From positions 5,648 through 69,647 of the forward strand of contig JANXZU010000017.1 of assembly GCA_025355345.1 (NCBI GenBank): a stretch of 64,000 bases of DNA, read 5' to 3'. Shown in pieces: positions 8,180-16,211 of the stretch. Position 1 is the first letter of the stretch. Each line of letters begins with the position of its first letter. This DNA is from Syntrophaceae bacterium. Its GTDB lineage: Bacteria > Desulfobacterota > Syntrophia > Syntrophales > Smithellaceae. A program made the position numbers and the translations under genes. Under the pieces are notes generated by a model, which was given only the letters and a program-made list of their open reading frames with translations, was not told where the DNA came from and did not search any database.

Positions 8180-11100
8180 TTAAGCCGCCTGTTGCTGATA
8201 CAGGTATTTCTGAAATCCCACAAAAACATTGCCGATTTCTTCTGGCTTTCCTAAATCCGCAACAGCATCGGCGATAGAGTCGTGATATTTCAACCGTAAA
8301 AACAGTGCCAGCTTTTCCTGATCCAGTTCTTCCACGCCGACACTGACGTAATGCGACAAAACAAAATCGAGAAAGACCTGTTGTTTGGTATTGAAATGCT
8401 TGCTGATAATGACTTTAGCCTTTGTAGCACGTTCCTCTCGTGTAAGTGGCGGCAGGGCATAAGCAACATAGGCCAACACATCAAAGATGTCACTTTTTTC
8501 TGCTTCAATGATTTTTTGCATTTCAGCCAGTTGGTCGTGGCCGAAGCCTTTTTCGGAAAGTCCTTGTAAGAGCTTCTTCCGTGTGTCGGGCATACTCCAG
8601 AGCGCGCGTAATTCATCTTCGTTCTTAAAAAACTCCGGCAACCTGCCGAATAGCATTTTCATGAACTGTTGCGACGACATCGGTGTGCCGTCCGGATGCC
8701 AAAAGGTTGAGCACATCATGTGCTGAATGTTTCGCTCCTTACCGTCGGCAAGTTTAACTTTTGCCTTCTTCTTGCAGACACAAGGACGCCTGCCGCATTT
8801 TGGACAAGGTGGTTTTTCACATTCACAAGGTCTTTTACCGCAAACGGGACAAGGTTGCGGCGGTCTTTTCTTGCACTCACAAGGATGGCAGCCGCATTTG
8901 GGACACGCCTCCGGCTCCAAGGGCGGCCCATCCCATCCCGGATCACTGAATTTAAGGTGCGCCTGAACAAAATCATAAATCGTAAAATAATCCTTGCCAT
9001 CGTAAAGCCGTGTTCCGCGTCCGATGATCTGCTTGAACTCGATCATGGTGTTGATTGGGCGCATTAAAACAATATTGCGGATATTGCGGGCATCAACACC
9101 GGTGGAAAGTTTCTGCGATGTAGTCAGAATTGCGGGTATGGTCTTTTCGTTATCCTGAAAATCACGCAGGTGTTGCTCACCTAACGCGCCGTCATTGGCC
9201 GTGACTCGCTGACAATAATTTGGTTCTTTACTCTTTTTCATCTGGTTAATGAGATCGCGCACAGCCAGCGCATGAAGTTGTGTAGCGCAAAATACAAGGG
9301 TTTTTTCTCTCTGGTCAATCATGTCCATGAACAGTTTCACCCGGTATGCTTCGCGTGCCTTAATTTCAATGATCTTGTTGAAATCAGTTTCCAGATAAAT
9401 CTTCCCATATTGAACCTCACCTTCCATCACGGTGTCATCGGGCGTATAGACATATTCGTCAAGTGTTGTGGAAATTTGCTTTACCTTGAAGGGTGTAAGG
9501 AAGCCATCATTGATTCCGTCTTTCAGAGAATAGATATAAACCGGGTCGCCGAAATAGGCATAGGTGTCTATATTTTCATCACGCTTTGGTGTGGCAGTCA
9601 TACCCAATTGAACTGCCGGAGAGAAATATTCCAGAATACCGCGCCAGTTGCTTTCATCGTTGGCACCGCCGCGGTGACATTCGTCAATAACAATGAAATC
9701 GAAGAAGTCCGGCGGATACTCACCGAAATACCCTTCGACAAGCTCCGGGACCACCCTTGACAGGCTTGTCCTGCGTTCACCGAAGGAGTCAGGGACCACC
9801 CTTGACAGGCTTGTCCTGCGTTCACCGAAGGAGTCAGGGACCACCCTTGACAGGCTTGTCCTGCGTTCACCGAAGGACTTACTGGTTGATAACTGTCTGA
9901 GCAGGTCGGTGTTGCCACTGATTAATGCATTTTTCTTGGCTCTGCTCCAACCTTGAATTTGTTTTTCCCGGGCAAAGGCTTCATCTATCCGTTCATAAGT
10001 TTCATAATATATCAATTTAACCGGTAAATTCTTTGTCGTGTGCTTGGCTCCCATTCCTGCTTGATGCTGAACCATCCTTTCGAGCAAATTTACCGTGCTA
10101 CCTGTATAAAAACTGCCATCAGCGCATTCCAGGATATACATGTATGCATGTGCATCTGCAATTTCCTCTAGTTCCGGGAAATGCCCTTCGATCCCTTCGA
10201 CAGGCTCAGGGACCACCCTTGACAGGCTTTTACTGTCTTCCCCGAATGGCTCAGGGACCACCCTTGACAGGCTTTTACTGTCTTCCCCGAATGGCTCAGG
10301 GGCCGCCTTTGTATTACCGGTGGCTGAGCTTGCCGCTTTATCGGTGGCTGAGCTTGCCGAAGCCATAAAAGTCTGAAAGATAGTAAAGAAGATGCTGCCG
10401 TTCTTGGGCACTTTGCCTTTCTTGCGAATGTCTGCCGGTGCAATTCTGACCATCGCATCTTCCGGGAAGGCAGAAAATTCATTGTAAGCCTGATCAGCCA
10501 GGATATTCCGGTCAGCCAGAAAAAGAATGCGTGGCAGGCGCGATGGTTCCCGGCTCAGATTCCAGCGGCTTTGAAACAGTTTCCAGGCAATCTGAAAGGC
10601 AACAAATGTTTTACCCGTTCCTGTGGCCATTGTCAGCAGGATGCGCGGCTTATTGGCAGCGATGGCCTCCATCACCCGCGCAACGGCAATATCCTGAAAA
10701 TAACGGCTCGGATGCGAACCGCCTCTGTCCTCAAAAGGCACTGCGGCAAAGCGGTCTCGCCACAGTTCGACAAGCTCACTGGCCTTGTTGGCGGCGTCTT
10801 CGGTCGCTGAGCCTGTCGAAGCGAAAGTCAATTTCCAAAGTTCTTCCGGCTGAGGATAAGCGGCAATTTTGCCTTCCTTGCCGGTCTTCATATCTATGGC
10901 ATAAATGCCTTTCCCATTGGTCGAATAAGCAAAACGAATTTTGAGTTTCTCGGCATAATTTTTAGCCTGGGCGACGCCTTCCGTTAATGCTTCATCCCAT
11001 GCCTTGGCCTCGATAACTGCCAGTTTGGTGTTGCGATACTCCAGCACATAATCCGCTGTTAATGGCTTGCCACGGCGGCCAAGGCCTTCAATGCGTCCGG

Positions 11101-11206
11101 GCGTAATCGGATATTCGCGCCGTAAGCGACTACCTTCAGACACACCCCAACCCGCGGCTTTTAGTGCAGGGTCAATATGTTCGGCTCTGGTTTCGGCTTC
11201 GTTCAT
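8180..11206 (-). CDS. hsdR: Type I restriction enzyme R subunit (EcoAI/EcoEI-like) with an in-frame GIY-YIG insertion
   Basis: ADYVL...IEAK nuclease motif, MATGTGKT, DECHRGG, TATP, STGVD, QIIGRGTR; lies with hsdM and hsdS. Confidence 0.93.
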   Translation of the reverse strand: MNEAETRAEHIDPALKAAGWGVSEGSRLRREYPITPGRIEGLGRRGKPLTADYVLEYRNTKLAVIEAKAWDEALTEGVAQAKNYAEKLKIRFAYSTNGKGIYAIDMKTGKEGKIAAYPQPEELWKLTFASTGSATEDAANKASELVELWRDRFAAVPFEDRGGSHPSRYFQDIAVARVMEAIAANKPRILLTMATGTGKTFVAFQIAWKLFQSRWNLSREPSRLPRILFLADRNILADQAYNEFSAFPEDAMVRIAPADIRKKGKVPKNGSIFFTIFQTFMASASSATDKAASSATGNTKAAPEPFGEDSKSLSRVVPEPFGEDSKSLSRVVPEPVEGIEGHFPELEEIADAHAYMYILECADGSFYTGSTVNLLERMVQHQAGMGAKHTTKNLPVKLIYYETYERIDEAFAREKQIQGWSRAKKNALISGNTDLLRQLSTSKSFGERRTSLSRVVPDSFGERRTSLSRVVPDSFGERRTSLSRVVPELVEGYFGEYPPDFFDFIVIDECHRGGANDESNWRGILEYFSPAVQLGMTATPKRDENIDTYAYFGDPVYIYSLKDGINDGFLTPFKVKQISTTLDEYVYTPDDTVMEGEVQYGKIYLETDFNKIIEIKAREAYRVKLFMDMIDQREKTLVFCATQLHALAVRDLINQMKKSKEPNYCQRVTANDGALGEQHLRDFQDNEKTIPAILTTSQKLSTGVDARNIRNIVLMRPINTMIEFKQIIGRGTRLYDGKDYFTIYDFVQAHLKFSDPGWDGPPLEPEACPKCGCHPCECKKRPPQPCPVCGKRPCECEKPPCPKCGRRPCVCKKKAKVKLADGKERNIQHMMCSTFWHPDGTPMSSQQFMKMLFGRLPEFFKNEDELRALWSMPDTRKKLLQGLSEKGFGHDQLAEMQKIIEAEKSDIFDVLAYVAYALPPLTREERATKAKVIISKHFNTKQQVFLDFVLSHYVSVGVEELDQEKLALFLRLKYHDSIADAVADLGKPEEIGNVFVGFQKYLYQQQAA
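9747..9877. repeat. 45-bp tandem repeat, about 3 copies (encodes SFGERRTSLSRVVPD)
   Basis: GGGACCACCCTTGACAGGCTTGTCCTGCGTTCACCGAAGGAGTCA at 9747, 9792 and 9837 (last copy partial). Confidence 0.95.
10203..10301. repeat. 45-bp tandem repeat, 2 copies (encodes PEPFGEDSKSLSRVV)
   Basis: GGCTCAGGGACCACCCTTGACAGGCTTTTACTGTCTTCCCCGAAT at 10203 and 10248. Confidence 0.95.
10766..10820. repeat. Inverted pair of family 1 REP-like motifs inside hsdR
   Basis: TTCGACAAGCTCA (10766-10778) and TGAGCCTGTCGAA (10808-10820), 12/13 complementary. Confidence 0.85.
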
Positions 11207-11242
11207 TGTTTAGCTGACCTTTGCATACTTTTTTCTATTAAA

Positions 11243-11725
11243 TTAACGAAATGTTTTTTGGGAGCGTTTTATGAACTCAATGAACTTTATACAGGGTACT
11301 GAAACTTCCAGCATGATACACACAGAGGGAATCTTTCTCTTAGATGGCACTTGCGGTGGCGTCGGTTGTCGTGCCTCATCCGATATCAATTCAGCGTTAT
11401 TCGCCCTTGCCACTGCAATTATTAGCAAATCGTTTTCATCAACGCCCTTTTGGTTGTAATTGTCATCCACTATGCCAAGTAATCCTTTTATACGCTTTGC
11501 ATCCTGCAGAATCGCATTGTTTATGCCAAGCAGTTTCAGATCGTTGTTTCTTAGCCATTCGGAACACTCAGGCGTTTTGCCTGCCACTTCTTCGAACGCA
11601 ACACTCGGCATTACCAATCTTTTCTCCTCGATTTCCGTTGTCATCCACGCCCACAGGCCAGGAAACTGATCTATAGGGTAGTTATCCCATGCGTAGATCA
11701 TAGATGACGCATCAAAAACCTGCAT
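11243..11725 (-). CDS. PIN-like domain protein (DUF4411-like)
   Basis: VFDASSMI...YP..FPGLW...EEV...ENDLLIIAVA...ISDE...KIPSVC; overlaps the upstream peptidase gene. Confidence 0.8.
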   Translation of the reverse strand: MQVFDASSMIYAWDNYPIDQFPGLWAWMTTEIEEKRLVMPSVAFEEVAGKTPECSEWLRNNDLKLLGINNAILQDAKRIKGLLGIVDDNYNQKGVDENDLLIIAVARANNAELISDEARQPTPPQVPSKRKIPSVCIMLEVSVPCIKFIEFIKRSQKTFR

Positions 11726-12860
11726 AGAGATTCTCCAACTGATGCAGGTCTCTGATCTTCAGGCTGTCGAGATAAGTGCTTGCTTTGGCAAGCGTGATAT
11801 GGTGGGCATTCAGTGCATCTAAAACTGTACGCACAAATGTATCACCAAACACATGCTTGGGCTCGCGATAACGGTACATTCGCGTTCCGCTTTCTGTCTC
11901 CAGAATAGGCAATTGAGCACGCCATTGGCGATAAGCGATATATTGGCTTCGTTTCAGGCGGTCAGCATCAAGCAACCGGCGCAAAATAACCTCGCCACTC
12001 ACGCCCCATGCCTTGCGTGGTTGTGCAAGCCATTCATCATATTGCGATACATCGTCGGGCCGTTCTTTATCCCTGATGAGCGCCAAGAAATCATCCGGCA
12101 CCAGCAGATATCCTGCAAAAGCATTGGCCTCATGTTCACGCCCTTGATGTGATAGCAAGTCATTTTCATCGTCAATAGAACTCATCTTGTGCAGCAAAAG
12201 ATGTCCCAGCTCGTGCATGAGTGTAAACGACTGTCGCGACTCCCAAGACTGTTTTTTAATTACAATAATCGGGCAGATCGTTTCGTACAGGGTGAAACCG
12301 AGGATTGGGTTCTGTTTGGGTATCTGCCACTTCCCGTTGTAGCCGTTGCTGCGAAATACCAGCACACCCTGTTCTTCAACCGCTCTGCGATATGTGTCAA
12401 AATTGTTTTCATCAGCCAACCCCAACCAATTACGAGCGATGCTTGCCGCTTCATGCTGGCCTTTACGGAGAAATTCTGGTGGGTTAAACTGTAACCTCTC
12501 TGTTTCATCCAAGTCTTCACGTAAACTTAGGTACACGGCGCGCTGTTTTTCCACCCGCTCAATCAATTTCTTGAGGCTGGTAGACAATTCTGGTTTCTGA
12601 TTAGCAAGTGTGCGGAATTGGGTCGTATGTACCTGATCCACATCGACTGGCCCAGATTCCAGGAAAAACAGTACTCCGCGGCCAAAATAGTCGGCAATCT
12701 TACGCAACTGGCTGAACGTTATACCCTCGTCGCCCACTATCAGCTTTTCGATGCTGCTCGCCGCTATGTTGAGCTCAGACGCAAGATCGTCGGGAGTAAT
12801 GCCGTAATCGGCGCAGCACCACAAAATTCGTTCTGGATTTATCGACTGAATACGTTCCAT
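11712..12860 (-). CDS. XRE-HTH plus ImmA/IrrE metallopeptidase
   Basis: N-terminal HTH (ITFSQLRKIADYFG), FTLMHELGH zinc motif, EHEANAFAGYLLVP. Confidence 0.88.
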   Translation of the reverse strand: MERIQSINPERILWCCADYGITPDDLASELNIAASSIEKLIVGDEGITFSQLRKIADYFGRGVLFFLESGPVDVDQVHTTQFRTLANQKPELSTSLKKLIERVEKQRAVYLSLREDLDETERLQFNPPEFLRKGQHEAASIARNWLGLADENNFDTYRRAVEEQGVLVFRSNGYNGKWQIPKQNPILGFTLYETICPIIVIKKQSWESRQSFTLMHELGHLLLHKMSSIDDENDLLSHQGREHEANAFAGYLLVPDDFLALIRDKERPDDVSQYDEWLAQPRKAWGVSGEVILRRLLDADRLKRSQYIAYRQWRAQLPILETESGTRMYRYREPKHVFGDTFVRTVLDALNAHHITLAKASTYLDSLKIRDLHQLENLYAGF

Positions 12861-12907
12861 AATTATTAATCATTATACCTGCGCTGTATCATTTCTGCAA
12901 GACCATA

Positions 12908-14059
12908 CTATAAAGCTCCCCTGAATGCATCTTGCAGCAGAGATTTTTTCAACGCCTCCAGCGCTTCGTGCTTTTGTTGGTAGATGGATTCGAGGCGTTG
13001 AGTCTCTGCTTCTAATTCCGTAAGTTTTTCAACTACTGCTCTCTGTTCATCAAACGGTGGCAGATTAATTGGAAAATCACGCAAATAACCAAGTCCCACA
13101 AATTTTTGAGTTGTGCCTTTCGCTTCATTCATCATCTTCGCTATAACTGCGCCGGAGCCCAAGTAATACTTTAAAAATAAGCTATTCTGTCGTTGTCTCA
13201 TTTTAAAAAGAGCAACATTTTTAATCGCGAATTTTGGTTCAACATTTACTACTGTAGGATTACCAATGGTGCCGATCATCGCGAATAATACGTCGCCTTT
13301 GTGAACGACACTTCTCTCATTAATTTTATTGTAATCCTGTTCGCTTATTAAGCGTATATCATCGAATGATAGACCTTCTCTTTTCAGGTTCTTTGATGTG
13401 ATTAGGGGGTAACCTTTTGCGTGATACTTTGGGGAATCGTGCGTTCCATCTCGAACATCATAAGATTCGCCTAAAGTAGTTTCTACCCAACCTTTACCCC
13501 GCTGCGTGAAGACCGATTGCAGGTGGCTTTCAAATAGGGCGCGGGCGTTTTGGAGGTTCTTTTTGGCGTTGGCTTTGGCGGTAGTCAGACCGGCAAACGC
13601 TTCGTCGAGGATGCCGACGATTCGCTTCTGTTCGGGAAGCGGAGGCAGGGGAAAATCAAATTCCAGAACATCTTTCATGTCAGCACGGGGCATACGTGCA
13701 CCTGTGGAAGTTGCATTGATGTGTTCAACCGTTTCGTCGGAAAGAAACCAATATAGCAGATACTCCCGGCATAGCTGTGGTATAGGCTTTATAGGAAATA
13801 TTTCTGTTGAGCAGTGACCATTGAAATCTGGTGCGAACACCTTGTTCAGGTATGGCCGAAGTCGCCCATAAAGAACGTGCTCAGTTGTAAACTTAAATGT
13901 CGCGCTTTTAACCACAAGTGGCTTCACTGCGCCGATGAATCTCGCCGTATTCGATTCTATATCCTCGAGACCGACATAAGTTAAACCTCTATGGATACCT
14001 TGAGTTTTATCAAACTCACAAACATCACCAAGTCTTTTGATTACCCACCCTGCCTTCAT
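12908..14059 (-). CDS. hsdS: Type I R-M specificity subunit
   Basis: Two target-recognition domains, each followed by a conserved block (PLPPLPEQKRIV; LPPFDEQRAVV); C-terminal LKKSLLQDAFRGAL. Confidence 0.93.
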   Translation of the reverse strand: MKAGWVIKRLGDVCEFDKTQGIHRGLTYVGLEDIESNTARFIGAVKPLVVKSATFKFTTEHVLYGRLRPYLNKVFAPDFNGHCSTEIFPIKPIPQLCREYLLYWFLSDETVEHINATSTGARMPRADMKDVLEFDFPLPPLPEQKRIVGILDEAFAGLTTAKANAKKNLQNARALFESHLQSVFTQRGKGWVETTLGESYDVRDGTHDSPKYHAKGYPLITSKNLKREGLSFDDIRLISEQDYNKINERSVVHKGDVLFAMIGTIGNPTVVNVEPKFAIKNVALFKMRQRQNSLFLKYYLGSGAVIAKMMNEAKGTTQKFVGLGYLRDFPINLPPFDEQRAVVEKLTELEAETQRLESIYQQKHEALEALKKSLLQDAFRGAL

Positions 14060-15534
14060 AACATTTTCCTAATTTTAGACATCACCTTCGCACTTTCAGC
14101 ATCCAGCACAGCAATCTCATCCAATATTTTATTTGGGCTTCGGTGCGTTGGTGGCGGTGAACTATTGGGGTTTTTCACCGAAAGATCAAAAGTAGTCTGA
14201 TTAATATCCTTTGCATTCACGGTCCAGCTTTTGTCGGAATCGGCAAAAGATTTTTGCATTTTTATAAATTCAGCAAGGTCGTCGTCATTGAGCGGATTGG
14301 TCTTGCCAAGATTGCGTCCGGGATCAAGCTGATAATACCATATTTTCCCGGCCTGCCCTGAGCTGTGTCGAAGGGTCGGTGAGCCTTTTTCAAAGAACAG
14401 CACCACGGTCTTCACGCCCGCCCCTTGAAACGTGCCACCGGGGCAATCCAGCACGGTATGCAGATTACAGCTTTCCAAAAGCAGTTTGCGTAGGCTCACC
14501 GAGGCATTGTCGGTATTGGAAAGAAAAGTATTCTTGATGACCACGCCGCCGCGCCCACCGGCCTTGATAATCTTGATAAAGTGCTGGAGAAAAAGAAAAG
14601 CGGTCTCGCCGGTGCGGATGGGAAAGTTCTGCTGAACTTCTTTGCGCTCCTTGCCGCCAAAAGGAGGATTCGCCATGACCACATCGAAGCGGTCTTTCTC
14701 CTGAATGTCGGCAAGGTTTTCTGACAATGTATTGGTGTGAATAATGTTAGGCGCTTCGATGCCGTGGAGGATCATGTTCATAATGGCGATGACATACGCC
14801 AGCGACTTCTTTTCCTTGCCGTAGAAGGTGCGCTCCTGAAGAGTCTTGAGGTCTTTGGTGGTGAGATTGACTTTATTTTTCATGTACTCAAATGATTCGC
14901 ACAAGAATCCTGCCGAGCCGCAAGCGCCGTCGTAGATTCTTTCGCCGATTTTCGGCTTGACAACTTTAACTATGGCACGGATCAGCGGGCGCGGCGTGTA
15001 ATATTCACCGCCGTTACGTCCGGCATTGCCCATATTCTTGATTTTTGCTTCATAGAGGTGCGATAGCTCATGCTTCTCGGTTTGCGAGCGGAAATGCAGC
15101 TCGTCAATGTGGTCGATAATCTCGCGCAGGTTGTAGCCGCTTTGAATTTTGTTTTTGATCTCGCCGAAGATTTCGCCGATTTTGTATTCAATGGTGTTGG
15201 GCCCGTTGGCCCGCTGCTTGAAGCCGTTCAGATAGGGGATGAGCTTTGTGTTGACAAACTTTGTTAAGTCATCACCAACCAATGCCTTGTTGTGATCAAT
15301 CTGTCCGTCTTTGCCTTTAGGGGCGGCCCAGGTTTCCCAGCGGTAGGGTTTATCGAGAATAAAGGAATATTGTTTCCCTTCTAATTTAGCTTCCGTCGCC
15401 TTGTCCTGCTCCAAATCGTCAAGGTATTTTAGAAAGAGCAGCCAGGATGTCTGCTCGGTATAATCCAGCTCGCTGGAGCAGCCCGCCTCTTTCCGTAAGA
15501 CATCGTCAATATTTCTGAAGGCTTGTTCAAACAT
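14056..15534 (-). CDS. hsdM: Type I R-M N6-adenine methyltransferase subunit
   Basis: GEYYTPR, YDGACGSAGFL, ANPPFGG. Confidence 0.95.
   Translation of the reverse strand: MFEQAFRNIDDVLRKEAGCSSELDYTEQTSWLLFLKYLDDLEQDKATEAKLEGKQYSFILDKPYRWETWAAPKGKDGQIDHNKALVGDDLTKFVNTKLIPYLNGFKQRANGPNTIEYKIGEIFGEIKNKIQSGYNLREIIDHIDELHFRSQTEKHELSHLYEAKIKNMGNAGRNGGEYYTPRPLIRAIVKVVKPKIGERIYDGACGSAGFLCESFEYMKNKVNLTTKDLKTLQERTFYGKEKKSLAYVIAIMNMILHGIEAPNIIHTNTLSENLADIQEKDRFDVVMANPPFGGKERKEVQQNFPIRTGETAFLFLQHFIKIIKAGGRGGVVIKNTFLSNTDNASVSLRKLLLESCNLHTVLDCPGGTFQGAGVKTVVLFFEKGSPTLRHSSGQAGKIWYYQLDPGRNLGKTNPLNDDDLAEFIKMQKSFADSDKSWTVNAKDINQTTFDLSVKNPNSSPPPTHRSPNKILDEIAVLDAESAKVMSKIRKML
14356..14375. repeat. Solo family 1 REP-like motif inside hsdM
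   Basis: CCCTGAGCTGTGTCGAAGGG, whose reverse complement CCCTTCGACACAGCTCAGGG matches 10193-10211; encodes part of TLRHSSGQAG. Confidence 0.8.
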
Positions 15535-15556
15535 TAGTGCCCTTTCTTATAGAGCC

Positions 15557-15850
15557 TTATTTGATTCTTTCCCTTATCCACGCCGGACTCCGACGACAAT
15601 CAAGAATCGCATATACAAGCACTGTTTTATTTTCTACGCGATAGTAAATGGCAAAAGGAAATCGTTTAGATAATGCCCGGTTGTATTTATTGAAATAAAT
15701 GGGATGAATCCCCCCATAAATTGCCAATGAATCAATATCTGAATAAAGTGTGTCTAAGAAATATGAGCCAAGACCTTCGGCTTGCTTTTCATAAAACCTG
15801 TAACCATCAATCAAGTCTTGGTTTGCAGATGTAAGTAATTTAATTTTCAT
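15557..15850 (-). CDS. RelE/ParE family toxin
   Basis: DLIDGYRFYEKQAEGLGSYF...KRFPFAIYY...AILDCRRSP. Confidence 0.88.
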   Translation of the reverse strand: MKIKLLTSANQDLIDGYRFYEKQAEGLGSYFLDTLYSDIDSLAIYGGIHPIYFNKYNRALSKRFPFAIYYRVENKTVLVYAILDCRRSPAWIRERIK

Positions 15851-16089
15851 GCTATGGAGTTTTCTATATTTTTCTTGGCACTATGCAAATCAACAAATAC
15901 ATCCTCTCCAGTACTGATAGCGTTTTCTCTATCATTCAAAACTTTCTCGTGCCAAGGTGGCGAGGATATACTATCTGCTTTTTTACATAAATCATCCCAA
16001 ATAGTTTCCATAGTTTGAAATTTCTCTTCAATCGACATTTTATCTACGGATAAAGCAACTCCCATTTCTTCTTCCCCTTTCTGTCCCAT
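15847..16089 (-). CDS. Addiction-module antitoxin
   Basis: MSIEEKFQTMETIWDDL...SPPWHEKVL; 4-bp overlap with the toxin gene; true start may be the second Met. Confidence 0.85.
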   Translation of the reverse strand: MGQKGEEEMGVALSVDKMSIEEKFQTMETIWDDLCKKADSISSPPWHEKVLNDRENAISTGEDVFVDLHSAKKNIENSIA

Positions 16090-16211
16090 TTTTTATTGCA
16101 AGAAACAGATTTATTTTAAACAATGTCTTTGATTTATCAGTTATTCATTTACGACAACTTATTATTAAAATTAAACAATTATTATGGAATGCCATCAAGT
16201 ATTTATCATAA

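Larger units (their letters stand above)
9731..10363 (-). mobile_element. REP-bounded GIY-YIG nuclease cassette inserted in frame in hsdR (633 bp, 211 codons)
   Basis: YMYILECADGSFYTGST...R..QH...AFAREKQIQGWSRAKK (UPF0213-type GIY-YIG); terminal inverted repeats CTTCGACAAGCTC (9733-9745) and GAGCTTGCCGAAG (10350-10362). Mobility is inferred. Confidence 0.7.

Noticed and set aside
9731-10301. 45-bp repeat arrays as a CRISPR array
   Set aside because: The units are head-to-tail identical with no unique spacers, lie in frame inside hsdR, and no cas genes are present.
9731-10363. hsdR insertion as an intein or group I intron
   Set aside because: There is no Hint-domain motif or terminal His-Asn, the next residue is Tyr rather than Cys/Ser/Thr, no intron core was recognised, and the segment is fully open in frame.
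8180-16089. Defence island as an integrative element or prophage
   Set aside because: No integrase, transposase, tRNA target or flanking direct repeats were seen.
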